Source: Dudresnaya verticillata (taxonomy: Eukaryota). Taken from it: 64,000 bases of DNA. The notes below the pieces were generated by a model. That model was not told where the DNA came from, did not search any database, and saw only the letters and a program-made list of their open reading frames with translations. Shown here piece by piece: positions 43,582-54,767 of this stretch (positions are counted from its first letter, which is position 1; each line of letters opens with the position of its first letter). Location of the stretch: contig OZ374566.1 of NCBI GenBank assembly GCA_977862235.1, forward strand, positions 682,001 through 746,000. The letters run 5' to 3'. The translations under genes and the position numbers were made by a program.

Positions 43582-44663
43582 CTAACAGAATTCTCCGTGC
43601 TTGGCAGCAACATGCCCTACGATCTGTTCTTCAATTTCCGCTCCGGTTGCTCTAGTAATGACGACCGTTTCGGTTAGAGAAGTGACAGACACTTCTTGGT
43701 ACCTCGTTGCGAGAACATTACCGACAATGAGATCAACGCCATACGATTTCAACGCTTGGCTGACTTTTGCCGCCAGCAGGGTAGGGTCCGTTTCGAGCTT
43801 TTTGACGAAGCGGATTTTTGTCGAAGTCGCGTGTAGTCAGGAGTCGATATCAAGTCTTTGTGTCAGACGAAGTTCGGAAGACGCTGAAGGCTGGAATGTG
43901 GCGCAAGCGAACGAACCTTGAAAGAAACAACAAACGCATCCGGGGCCCATCGCTCAGAAAGAACCCCAAGACATTTCGGCACTTTTTTCAGTGATAGAAA
44001 AAGGTCACCACCCGCGGACTGAATCTTGTGAGTTGGTAGCTCTGATTCTGGGATAAAGAAGTCCGACACTGCGGCTGCGAGGAACCACATGGCAGAATGC
44101 CCAAATCGGCGTATGCTTTCCGACAAGGATCTCAGTGTGAGCAGGTATTCTCCAACTGAAACAAATGGGACGAAGAAAAGCCTGTCCTTAACTGAACAAA
44201 AAACTTCCGCAGAACTTGCAGCGTCGTCATCTGCAATGATGAATTGACGACCAGTGCCATGGCCTGCAGTTCCAACTCTGAATAGCCGATGCAAATCAAT
44301 CTTTCTTGTAAACGGTTGAGCGGATCCTTTCCTGTTTACGAAAATGACCGCATATTGCTGGCCATCGCCTTCCTTAACACCGTGTGTTAGAAAATGTTCC
44401 GCACAGGCTGCTCCTCGTGTGCCAGTGCTGAAGTTATCAATGAATCTAACGCATGATTTCTCCAGCGGGGCAGTTGTACCACCTGAAGTTACGACTGCAA
44501 GTCGCAGCTTCCGATTTGAAGCTTCTTTCAAGAATCGACCCAACGCCTGTTTGTCGTAGGCCGAGTTTTCGCTCACTGCCGCTTGAAATTTTCTTGCGTC
44601 GCACGGACCATCTTCTGCGGCAAAAGCTTCAAACAGGTCTCGATCTAATGGCTCCATTTCCAT
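43582..44663 (-). CDS. PPCS: Phosphopantothenate--cysteine ligase; 2 exons: 44663-43917, 43797-43582
   Basis: VTSGGT.APLE...VRFIDNFS.GTRGA, LAAAVSDF and HKIQS. Intron 43798-43916 (GTTCGT..CTGAC..AAG) restores 'VSFK|LETD' and exon 2 'V.GN.L.TR...EIEEQI'. Confidence 0.93.
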
Positions 44664-45257
44664 GCGGAGCTTTGAAAAGATGAGCTGGACGTGGGGGCAC
44701 GGATAACACCAGAGTGGCCGACCTAGCCCTCAGATTTCGTCTCTTCTGGAGCATCTGGTGGCCTCAAGGTAGACCTTCCCTAATGATGAAACTAAAGAAG
44801 AATAAGGCAGACGTCTATTTCTCAGCACTGCCTTCTCCGCTGTTGCGACACTGGCCCCACTTGCAAAGTCGACTCAAGGCAGGTTGGCCAGCTGCTGGTC
44901 TGGGAACACGGGTGACTAGCTGATCGAACCTGGGGCGAATTCTCGACACTAATCTCTTTATTTTCTAGCCAGATTTTCGTGCCGTGTTAGGACAAGTTCG
45001 GTCGGCGCATGCCATGTTGCTCAGAAAAAATTGCTTTCCTTCTCCGGCGCGGTGCAGTACGACCCGCGGCCTTCGCAACCTGCTGTCGTCGCAGCTTTTG
45101 ACTCGCTTCTCGAGTGCCGCTGTACTTCTCAATGCATTGTGGGTTTCAAAGCTGCGATTGATCACTCCCAGGACTTTGACCTCCATATTTTTGCTCAGCT
45201 CCTTGAAACTGCTGGCAAGATTCGAAGCCATAGTGATATTTACGGACTTCATGGAGC

Positions 45258-46832
45258 ATGGACTGCGAGCTTGATCGCAACACAGTCAGCTTCCTGGCGA
45301 CCTGGCTAGGAGAGTCTGACACGCGCAAGCACAGATGCCCTCAGCAGCAAGTATTGGAAGTCATCGAGGACTTCTTCGTTTTCCAGACGGTGGACCGCCT
45401 TGTGAAGTCGACGACAGCATCGGTATGCAAAGTTGCTCTTCAGTTCCCTGATGACCTACTGCGATTTGCCCCTATTATCTCCGAGACTCTGAAGGTATGT
45501 ACAAAGAATTCGCTAAACAAGGAAACGGAAGCCACAGCACGCAGCTTCTTTTATTTCATTCTAGGAGATACATCGTACGGCGAATGCTGTGTGGATGAGG
45601 TCGCAGGGCAGCATCTCGACGCCGATATTGTTGTACACTACGGAAATGCATGTCTGTCACCAACAAGAAGCATCCCAGCGCTCTACGTTTTCCCAAAGCT
45701 CAGATTCGACGACCCTGAGAGAGCTGCTTTTCTAATGAGGGACTCCGTTAGAAACGTTTCTTCTGAAGAAGGCGTCGATCGCATTGTTCTCCTATATGAC
45801 ATTGACCTGCTTTCTTGCTTTGGAAGGGACCACGTCGTATTCAACAACGTCTCCGTCGCCATCGAGTCCCTCGATACCGAAGCAGTGGTTGAGCTCGCAT
45901 CACCAATCCATGCGGCACTCAACAAGATTATAAACCCGTTTGCCTCAGCAGAGCAATCTAGTTCTGTAATCCGACTGGGTACTCTCCAGTTTCAGGACAA
46001 TACAGTTCCGATTTGCCGCACCGCATTTATCTGGTTCTCAAAAAGCCAAGAGCTCGATGAATGGCCGCCTTCCGTTCGAAATGCGGGGCTCAAGCTCTGT
46101 ACTGGGCCACAAGAGCTTTGTAATGGATTCTACGCAACTTCATTATCTGGGAGTAACGAGGGTATGCCGAGCCTGGTAGATTCAGCAAGACTACTTCGAA
46201 AACGATTTGCACTTTTGAGCAAAGCGAAAGATGCGGAGCGCATTGGCATCGTGCCTGGGACGCTTGGCGTATCTGGAAATGTAGAAGTGATTGATCGTTG
46301 CAAGCGCATCATTAAGAATGCCGGGAAGCGGTCTTACGTCCTGCTTGTTGGGAAACCAAACCCCTCCAAACTTGCAAACTTTGCAGAGATTGACGTTTTC
46401 GTCTTAGTGGCATGTCCGCAAAACTCTCTATTGGACAACCGTGAATACCTGCGCCCGATTCTAACTCCACTCGAGCTCGAAGCTGCTCTTGTTTCAGAGG
46501 GAGATTTGTTCGCTTCTGCATATTCAACTGACTTCAGAGACTTGCTGGACAAGAAGCTAGACCTTCCTGACAACCATGACAGCAACGCAGAGGTTGTCAG
46601 TGATGATGCGGTTGCAATTCGTGGTGACTGGTCTGTTTCAGTGACCGGTGAGGGAGGAGCTGCAGAGTATCTGAAGCAGAGGCACTGGCAAGGCCTGAGT
46701 TATGATAGCGGTATAGATCCCGAAGCTTCAATTGACGAACTCCCACTGAAAGCTGAACTGGGTCAATCTGGGATTGCGAGCAGATATGACAAGGAAGATA
46801 AGAAAGGTACCAACACTCCGCAGCACGTATGA
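45258..46832 (+). CDS. DPH2: Diphthamide biosynthesis protein DPH2
   Basis: VALQFPDDLL, ILGDTSYGECCVDEV, HYG.ACLS, VGKPNP.KLANF, ACP, PILTP.E, R.WQGL and G.SGIA..Y. Start is uncertain. Confidence 0.92.
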   Translation: MDCELDRNTVSFLATWLGESDTRKHRCPQQQVLEVIEDFFVFQTVDRLVKSTTASVCKVALQFPDDLLRFAPIISETLKVCTKNSLNKETEATARSFFYFILGDTSYGECCVDEVAGQHLDADIVVHYGNACLSPTRSIPALYVFPKLRFDDPERAAFLMRDSVRNVSSEEGVDRIVLLYDIDLLSCFGRDHVVFNNVSVAIESLDTEAVVELASPIHAALNKIINPFASAEQSSSVIRLGTLQFQDNTVPICRTAFIWFSKSQELDEWPPSVRNAGLKLCTGPQELCNGFYATSLSGSNEGMPSLVDSARLLRKRFALLSKAKDAERIGIVPGTLGVSGNVEVIDRCKRIIKNAGKRSYVLLVGKPNPSKLANFAEIDVFVLVACPQNSLLDNREYLRPILTPLELEAALVSEGDLFASAYSTDFRDLLDKKLDLPDNHDSNAEVVSDDAVAIRGDWSVSVTGEGGAAEYLKQRHWQGLSYDSGIDPEASIDELPLKAELGQSGIASRYDKEDKKGTNTPQHV

Positions 46833-47168
46833 AAGAAAGGATGTTGCTTGCCATGTCGTGGTGCAATTGGCCGTCGCGCAGCACTTCATTTTGCAGCTGT
46901 TTGCCCCGTCCTAGAAGACCTGCAGAATCTGTGAGTAGTCTCAAGGCAGTCGCAAACCAGGCTTTGCAGAAGCTCCAGGTTCAGATGCAGTGTCTTCCGT
47001 TCGAAGCCTACATCGCCAGAAAGCTCTGCGTCACAGTTGATATCAACGCTAGGTCGACTCGGACTGAGTTTAACATTGAAGTTCTAGTTTATCCTTCTGC
47101 GATGCCTGTCCTAAGGTAACTGCAAAGTTCGAGGCGACGTACCGCCATCGTCGGCGCCAAAATTGATT

Positions 47169-48368
47169 TCAGTGTACTCTACCCCTCGGGGCGGTAGCCA
47201 AGAACTCGCTGGCGATATCTGGCCATGTGGGAGGGAAAATGGCTTCTAGTTCCCCACCCATGAAGGATGGAATAGACTTCGGTGCGACATACTTGCGCAA
47301 AGTTGCAGCTTGGTCCGCCTCTCCAACCCAGACAATCTTCTCCTTCGCTCCAGCGTCAATGATGGGGCTGACAGCCGTATATGCAGCCCGAATAGAAGTT
47401 GGATAATTTACAAGGAACACGCGGCCAAGGCGTTCCGGGTAGTAGTCCTGCAAGGTTTGGATGCCATCCTTGACAAGGCGGTACGGAGCATTTCGTCGAA
47501 TGGACCAGTCACGAAAGTCTAGGATGATAACCATCTCATCGAGAACATAGGTCTCTCCAAAGTATATGGACTCAAGGAAGGAAAGTAGAGCGTTTTGGAA
47601 TGCTACCCTCTCAGCCTTCTTCTTATCCAAGAGACGGATGAGTCCGTAAACGACAGGCTGCTTGCACTTCTCGGCACTGGAGATGATATGCATTGGAAAA
47701 CAGGCGGTGGGCTTGATCATGTTGCGGGCACTATGTGTGAGGAAAGCCTCTATGTCCATAGTTTTCCGCCAGCGCAAGGTTTTGGTAATCATGCCTAAGG
47801 CCTCATGGGCATTGTGCTGACGAGCTCGCAAAAACTGGAGCAGCAAGCGCTCCCGCTCTTGGGCTCCTGCATTCAGGGTGGCAACGAGGCGATCCGAATG
47901 GATGCTCTTCTTGACTTCTTCTGTCGGTTCCCCAACCGGTCCAATGGCATGTTCAACCATGGTATGCAGCTCCGGGAGCGAGGAAGCAGCCGGGTCATCC
48001 GCCTTGCGATGGGATGACGCACCAGCCGATGCAGAACCAGGAGACCCGCCACCGCTGAGCCTCCGCCTCAGTAGGTCATGGCCATGTCCATGTCCATGTC
48101 CATGGCCGCTTCCATGACCGCTGGTGCTCGAGAAGAGATACTTGCGCACGTTTGGCAAAGTGGGCAACGCAGGCAACGCAGGCAACGCAGGCACGCTGGG
48201 CAAATACGAGGTGCGCGTGGTGGGGCTCTCTCCCGCTGGGCTCGCCGGCGGCGAGTCGGGCTGGTCAAGACCTGCGGGGTGGGTGTCAGCCGTGGCGGCT
48301 GGGGGAGGCTGTTGAGCGGGTGGGTCGGGGTCTGCGGCCGGCGCAGCAAACGGTATGTAGCGGCGCAT
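47169..48368 (-). CDS. CRAL-TRIO/Sec14 lipid-binding protein
   Basis: LLQFLRAR...A..MI..TLRWR, IILDF.DWS, LQDYYPERLG..FLVN.P and IP..MGG. ATG at 48368. Confidence 0.92.
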   Translation of the reverse strand: MRRYIPFAAPAADPDPPAQQPPPAATADTHPAGLDQPDSPPASPAGESPTTRTSYLPSVPALPALPALPTLPNVRKYLFSSTSGHGSGHGHGHGHGHDLLRRRLSGGGSPGSASAGASSHRKADDPAASSLPELHTMVEHAIGPVGEPTEEVKKSIHSDRLVATLNAGAQERERLLLQFLRARQHNAHEALGMITKTLRWRKTMDIEAFLTHSARNMIKPTACFPMHIISSAEKCKQPVVYGLIRLLDKKKAERVAFQNALLSFLESIYFGETYVLDEMVIILDFRDWSIRRNAPYRLVKDGIQTLQDYYPERLGRVFLVNYPTSIRAAYTAVSPIIDAGAKEKIVWVGEADQAATLRKYVAPKSIPSFMGGELEAIFPPTWPDIASEFLATAPRGRVH

Positions 48369-51060
48369 GGCGACACGGGTGGACGAGACGAGGGGTCTAG
48401 CGATCGGAGGACGGAGACGCGGCGGCGGCGCGTCCGGGCCGTCGCAAGGGGGGGGGGGGGGGGGCAAGCAAGCAGTACGCGAAGACGGGCTGCGCAGCGG
48501 GGCGCGATGCCGGCGGACGGAAGTGTGCGCAGTTCGGCGGCGTTTTTGTGGGCGTCGGGAAGCAGCGCTGCCGCTGCCTCTGCCGCTGCCGCTACCGCAC
48601 AGACACGGTCTCGGGCCGGGACTTTGTTTGCCACGGGGCGTCTCGCGTGCCGGGCGGGCCCGCAATATGCGACAGCCCCCAAATATCTAAAAAACTGTCA
48701 ACACACGGCGCTCGTGCCGCGCTGTTCGAGCACCAACCAATGCGCGCGCTGAGCATCCGCACTCCGCGCCCCGTGCCCCGCAAAATTCACACCCACGCGG
48801 GCCGCCGCGTCGCGCGGCGGAACTCCGAGCAGTTTCCTCGTGGCGAGAAGGAACCGCCAACCGCTCCGGATTCTGCTCATCGTTCCACACTCATGCACGC
48901 CGTCAGCGTTCAACCTCACAGCCCTCTCAGGGCCTGTCCCATTTCGACACCCGCGCGCACCTCATCCTCACGACGAGTCATTGTCTGTCCGCCGCCTCTC
49001 CGCACCCACCACTCTGCAACGCCCAGACAGACGCCGCCGTGCTCCCATCCCGCCGACCGCGCGCGCCCCTCTGCCGCCGCTTCGTCGCACTATTTCGCCC
49101 ATCGCTCCTCACCCAGCAAGTCACAACGCCGTCCCACGCCCAGCCCCACTGTTTTGCGACGAACCCCACCAGTTCAAACTCCCGCATCCACCGTGTTGCA
49201 AAAAGCACCCGCGCCACGCCCCAGCAAGACCATACAAGAGCCCCATCGAGCAGTACCTGCGCGCTAAACCACGCTTGTATCTTTCGCGTCCGCGAGCTGC
49301 CGCGCCGTACTTTTCAAGCCTTCCTTTGCTGCTGTGACGCGGCACGGGGAGATCGTCTCTCCACACGCCGCGTCACCGCCATCGCGCAGAGCAGCATCTC
49401 GCATCTCGCGGGCTATGCCCTGCGCAAGCTCCGTTCCACCGATCGTTGCGAGCACCCACCCCGGAGCATCGCCTGCTGCAGCTCGCTGTCCTTGCTGGCA
49501 TGACGTTCGCGCAACCGGATAACCGGCAGTTTGGCAGAAATTCTCACGCGCTGTTTGTGTGACTGTGACAGCGTGCCGAAGTGCGCTTCTGCCTACGGCA
49601 TCGCGCCTGCTTGACGGCCAAGATCAGCAGCAGCCCGGCAGGTGCACGGGACGAAGCGGATGCTGCCTGCGCCGACCTTTCAGCGTCCCGCAGTGCACGG
49701 CGAGTGCTCACCTCCACTGGTCACCGTTGTCTACACACTTTTTTTGCGGTGCTGAGCGTGCTTTTCATGGGATGCTGTTAAACTTTGTCGTAGCGCGTTG
49801 TGAAATGGAGTCTGTCGCTTAGTCTTTCCGGCACTCGCAAGGCGTCAAGCTAATCGCACACGCGACTGCGCGCCGCATTTGCGCGGATTTCCTGCATGTT
49901 GCGCAGGGTTTGATGCACACAGAGCTGCGGGAGACGTCTTTCAGAAAAGCGCGCGCCGCACGCTCGCGGTGCTCCCTTGACCTGCAGGTATCTTTGAGTG
50001 TCAATAGGGTAACTGCTGCAGCAGGGCGGCATCGGGCTTTGTCGAGTTTATCGATAAGATTCTGCGTTCTTACGTATTGGAAACTATTATTAGAAGGTCT
50101 CTGCGCACCGCCTTGCTTAGGAATGCCTTTATTTGTAGGCCATGCTGTAGTTTGAACACTTCTCCTTCAGAATGCTGCAAGCACCGTATCTCTTTACCCC
50201 TGCCATTCCACGCCAGGTGTACAAAAGTCTATGAAGACACCTGCAGTTTGCACCAAACTTTGAAGTTGCTGAAGTTGCTGTGTTTCTTGAAGAATCTGTT
50301 TCATAAGAAAGTACCGCACAGATAATCAATCTGAATCCAAGACGGCCTTACTTTTTATCCATGAAAAGGTTGAATCAGCACTTCACATCTACTACCCGCG
50401 CGTCCTTGTTCCACTACACCTTAAGATCCTCCTTCCGCCTTCTACCAGCTTTTTTCTGCCAAGAATTGTGATGCGACGGGAATGAATCAAGCGCAGGAAT
50501 ACCCCCTTGAACTATCCAACCTAGTACAAGTGTGTACCTCAATTGAAACGAGGACTGCAGCTGCTGGTGGAGAGCGTCCTTCTCTGATGATATGACGTTT
50601 GGTGTTACGGAGTGTTTGTCAATCTGTCAGATGAACAGTGAAGAAGCCAAAGACGTCGAGGCGTTTGACTGTAAGCGTCATGATCAGGTTTACAGTTACT
50701 GGGATGCGACTTACAGAAAGTCTATTTTCTGAAACATTTGGGACACAGCCAAAAAAGTAACTGGAAAAAGTAGATTTCTTGATCCCACTGCCGGCGGCGG
50801 CGGCGTTGACCCCGCAGAAGATCAACAAGAGCGACCGACCAGTTTCAAGGCCTCCGCCGGTGACTTTCGGCGCTTTTTCCGCTCTATAAGCGTTACATTT
50901 AGGCCCTGCCCCCTCACCCCCAGCCGCCCCTTCGCCCCCAGGCACTCAGACCTTGAGGTGAACACCACCCACCCGCACACCCCTTCCCTCCTCCATTGTC
51001 TCACGCGCATCGCTCACGCGTTCCCACGCAGCAGAGGCCCAGCACAGCTTTCCCGCAACC

Positions 51061-52716
51061 ATGGGCTCTCTAAAGTCCAGCAAGAAGAAGAAGAGCAAGA
51101 CCATTGATAATGGCACTCCTCTCAAGGAAAAGTCCAAGTCCAAGTCGAAGAAGAGTAAAAAGGCTCCCGCCGCTGTTGTTGAAACCATCGTTGACGCAGC
51201 CCCGGCCCACGTGAAGGACTCCAAGGACAAAAAGAAGAAGAAGAAGAAGAAGGCCGCTCCGCCGCCGCCGCCACAGGAGGATGACTCCAGTGACTCTGGT
51301 GATTCTTCGGAGTCTGAGGATGTGGCCCCGCCCGCGAAGACGGCAAAGGTCGTTGCCCCGAAGAGCGATGGTGACGACAGTGACGACAGCAGCGATGAAA
51401 GCGAGCAGGAGGAGGAAGGTGATAACAAGGGCAAAGGTTCGAAGAAAGCCAAAGCGACTGGCAAGAAAGCTCCTGTGGCGAAGCCAGCAGTTGAGGAGGA
51501 CGACAGTGACGACGACTCGTCATCATCGGATTCGAGCTCGGAGGAAGAAGATCATGAGACCCCAGAAAGTAATGGCGTAGCCAAGTCTGCGAAGAAGGAG
51601 AAGGACTCCAAGTCGTCAGGCAAGGGAAAGAAAGTGTCGAAACCGGCCGCAAAGGAGGACGATGATGATGAGGAGTCTTCATCCTCGAGTGACGAGAGCT
51701 CTGAGGACGACGATGACGCCAAGCCTGAGAGCAGCGGCAATGCAAATCCTACCGCGAAGGCTGTAGCCGAGAGCGATAGTGACAGTGATGAGAGTGACAG
51801 TGGCGATGATGAAGAAGAGGATGTCGCGAAGAAGGTCTCTGATAAAGCCGGTAAGAAAGCTGCGGATCCTGAGGATGATGACGATAGTGAGGACGACAGT
51901 GAGGACAGTGACTCCGACGAGGATGAGCCGAAGACGAAGGGCGTGAAGGCTAATGGCACGCCCAAGACGACTGCTCCAAAGGATGGTAGTGTCGATAGCA
52001 GCGATGATGATGACGATGCTAGCTCAAGCGAGGAAGACAATGATGAGGATGGGGAGCAGGTGGCGCACACTCCCATGAGCATTGAGAAGGGCAAGCTGCA
52101 CAATGATAACATTTTCGATTCTGAGGTAGGCAAGAAGCGGCAGGACCGTTCAGCGGATACCACACCGCAACCGAATAAGCGTTTCCAGCGTGCTGCCAAT
52201 GATGAAGAAGAAACTCGCGTGTTCGTTGGGAATCTCCCGTGGACGATCACAGACGACGATCTCGCCCAGACGTTTGCTGATTGTGGGGAGATTACTGACA
52301 TTTACCTGCTCAGGGATAAGGAGACTGAGCGCCTTCGTGGGTTTGGCTTTGTTTCTTTCTCTGATGCTTCAGGAGCGGCGGCGGCTTGCGAAATGGATGG
52401 TGTAGAGTGCAAGGGTCGCCCGCTTAGAATCAATCCGGCAGGTTCAAAGCCAAGCGGTGGCACCGGCCGTGGAGGGTTTGGTGGTCGTGGAAGGGGGGGT
52501 AGAGGAGGCCGTGGTGGTGGGCGTGGCGGCTTTGGTGGCGGCTTCGGTGGTGGTGGTGGGCGTGGCGGCTTTGGTGGCGGCTTCGGCGGTGGCGGTCGTG
52601 GCCGTGGCGGCGGGCGTGGTGGTGGCCGCGGCCGTGGCGGTTTCGGAGGTGGTGGTTTTGGAGGTGGAGCTGGTGGGTCGGGGAAGAAGACAACGTTTAA
52701 TGATGACAGCGAGTAA
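51061..52716 (+). CDS. Nucleolin/NSR1-like protein (acidic-Ser/Lys N-terminus, one RRM, RGG tail)
   Basis: Alternating D/E/S and K blocks, RNP2 VFVGNL, RNP1 RGFGFVSF, and a GRGG/FGG tail ending GKKTTF.DD. Confidence 0.9.
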   Translation: MGSLKSSKKKKSKTIDNGTPLKEKSKSKSKKSKKAPAAVVETIVDAAPAHVKDSKDKKKKKKKKAAPPPPPQEDDSSDSGDSSESEDVAPPAKTAKVVAPKSDGDDSDDSSDESEQEEEGDNKGKGSKKAKATGKKAPVAKPAVEEDDSDDDSSSSDSSSEEEDHETPESNGVAKSAKKEKDSKSSGKGKKVSKPAAKEDDDDEESSSSSDESSEDDDDAKPESSGNANPTAKAVAESDSDSDESDSGDDEEEDVAKKVSDKAGKKAADPEDDDDSEDDSEDSDSDEDEPKTKGVKANGTPKTTAPKDGSVDSSDDDDDASSSEEDNDEDGEQVAHTPMSIEKGKLHNDNIFDSEVGKKRQDRSADTTPQPNKRFQRAANDEEETRVFVGNLPWTITDDDLAQTFADCGEITDIYLLRDKETERLRGFGFVSFSDASGAAAACEMDGVECKGRPLRINPAGSKPSGGTGRGGFGGRGRGGRGGRGGGRGGFGGGFGGGGGRGGFGGGFGGGGRGRGGGRGGGRGRGGFGGGGFGGGAGGSGKKTTFNDDSE

Positions 52717-52810
52717 GATCCCTAATTTGCGATAAACGCTGTCTGTCAAAAGCGCAGGTTGTTCGTATTGATTATGTACGCTCGGTCACTATAAAGCGGG
52801 AATCCACTGG

Positions 52811-54167
52811 CTAACTCTTGAGGCTCCCTATCAGCTGCTCCCTATCTTCGAGGCAGTCTGATACCTCTGCCATGGAATCTACAAACCAGTTTCGCTTGTC
52901 ACTGTAGTCGGCCCTGACAATGAAGCCTGCAGACTGCAGCATGTTGTGAATTTGGTCCACGGAATACTTGCTGGAGCATTCCATGTGCAAATGCTCGAAG
53001 GCTTTGAATAGAAATTCATGAGATCCTTGAACGTGCCCTGTCTTCCCGCTGCGGGTTTCTTCGTTCTCCTGTATGTTAGGGTCCTCCTTCATAACTATGC
53101 GGTGCTCCCTTTTTGCAAACAGATAGCTCTCCATAGCTCCAATTCGTGGATTGTAGATTGCAAGGTGTTCAAAGTCACTGGTGTCAAAATTTGTTCCCAA
53201 TTCCCTATTCATGCGAGTCAATAAGTTCAGGTTGAAGTCTCTGGTGACACCGCCTGAATCGGAATATGCCTTCCTCATCACCTCTGGCTCTTTTCTGAGG
53301 TCATAGCCGAGAAGCAAGAGGTCTTGGGGGGTGAGGTGGCTTCTCAGTTGTGTCAAAAACCTCTTAGCAGCAACAGTAGAGAAGTTCCCAATAGATGAAC
53401 CAATGAAGAGCACAACATTCCGACGTTGGGGGTACGCTGACACAACGTGCTGGACTGACGTAAGGTAATCCCCGATTAAGCCGTGGATTGCAAGCGGCCT
53501 GTTGTTAAAGAAAGAACCCATCGATTCAAATAAATCTGCCATTGCTTGACGAGATATATCAATAGGAACATACTCGAAGTTGACTCCTTGGTCAAGAAGT
53601 GCTTCCAATAAGATTTTTGTTTTTCGGCCGTCGCCAGCCCCGAGCTCGATAACGTTTATGGGGCCATCTTTGTCGGCTTCAACAAAGTGTGCTTCCACAA
53701 TAGCAGCGGCATGAGTTTCGAGAATCTCTCTCTCCGTACGGGTCAGGTAGTACTCCTCGAGGTCGGTGATTTGAGCATACAAGTCTGGAAAGCACCGGAA
53801 CAGAAGTGTCAGGCAAAGACGATAAAATGGGTTAGCGCGTGGGTTACTACGGTCGGCGGAGCTAAAGTGCATATTCGTTTCGAATGCCCCACAAAAGACA
53901 GAACACACCACTGCCGTAGTCATCATAGAAGTACATGGAAGAAAGGCTCTTGAGTGGTTTGGAGAGACCGTCAATAGCATGACGCCGAAATTCCTCTCTC
54001 GCCTTCTGGGTATTCTCTTCTAGCAAAACCGTTCGCCTGATGCTTGGGCTCTGCTTGTGCTCTTCAGGGCTGCTGCACAGCTGTTGCTGTGGAAGCTTGC
54101 TCGATTTTGCAGGAGTCGAACTGGGACAAGCAATAGGGTTAGATTCGCCCCAGGTGTTGTTGTACAT
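52811..54167 (-). CDS. egtD: L-histidine N-alpha-methyltransferase (EgtD/Methyltransf_33 family); 2 exons: 54167-53909, 53784-52811
   Basis: GLS.P.KSL.S.YFYDD.GS|DLY.QIT.LEEYYLTRTE.EIL, ELGAGDGRKT, FIGSSIGNF, AYSD..GVT..FNLN.L and E.S.KY. Intron 53785-53908 is GTGTGT..GCTAAC..CAG. An upstream exon is possible. Confidence 0.9.
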
Positions 54168-54767
54168 GAGAGAGGCAACATTGAGGTACGTTTGGGGGGG
54201 GGGGGGGGGGGGGGGGGGGTGGCGCGGCAATCAGAGCATCGAACAAGCGTATTGGCAAAGGCAAAAATAATGGCAACTCCGGTATTAGAAGGCGAACTGA
54301 GAAACAAAATCAAGTATGCACAGGCCCCGAACTTCGTCGAAGTGGACTTACATTGGCATTGTAGAACGGGAGTAGGGCAGGATCGACTCCTTGGGTATCT
54401 TCCTAGCCAGCCTGTCCAACCAGGTGATAAATTGAGAAAGAGGTAGTAACAATACGTGGGTGCGACCGACGACAGCCCAGCTTCAAAAGCTGAACTGCTA
54501 CTCTCAGAACGAGGCGTTCCAGGCTCAGCGTCGCGCTCAAGAACCTGCGCAGTTCCTGAACTGGAAATCGTGTAACTGCTACCAGCCGAGGAGTTCTTCA
54601 TTTGTAAAGTACTGTACACTATATAAAGTCAAAAAGCGGCACATTAAACCGCAGGACGTGCGTGAGTTCAACTTTATAACAGGTGATCATATTCTAATAT
54701 TTGTCGACGTACAATCTACTGTAGTATCACAACAAAGTTAAACCCCAACTCAAAACAACTTGCACAT

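Noticed and set aside
48548..50329. Multiple overlapping GC-rich ORFs between Sec14 and nucleolin
   Set aside because: Arg/Pro/Ala-rich translations in all frames with no family motifs, so probably promoter or UTR DNA.
51122..52749. Antisense and alternate-frame ORFs over nucleolin and other genes
   Set aside because: Shadow ORFs caused by low-complexity or codon bias, with no recognisable domains.
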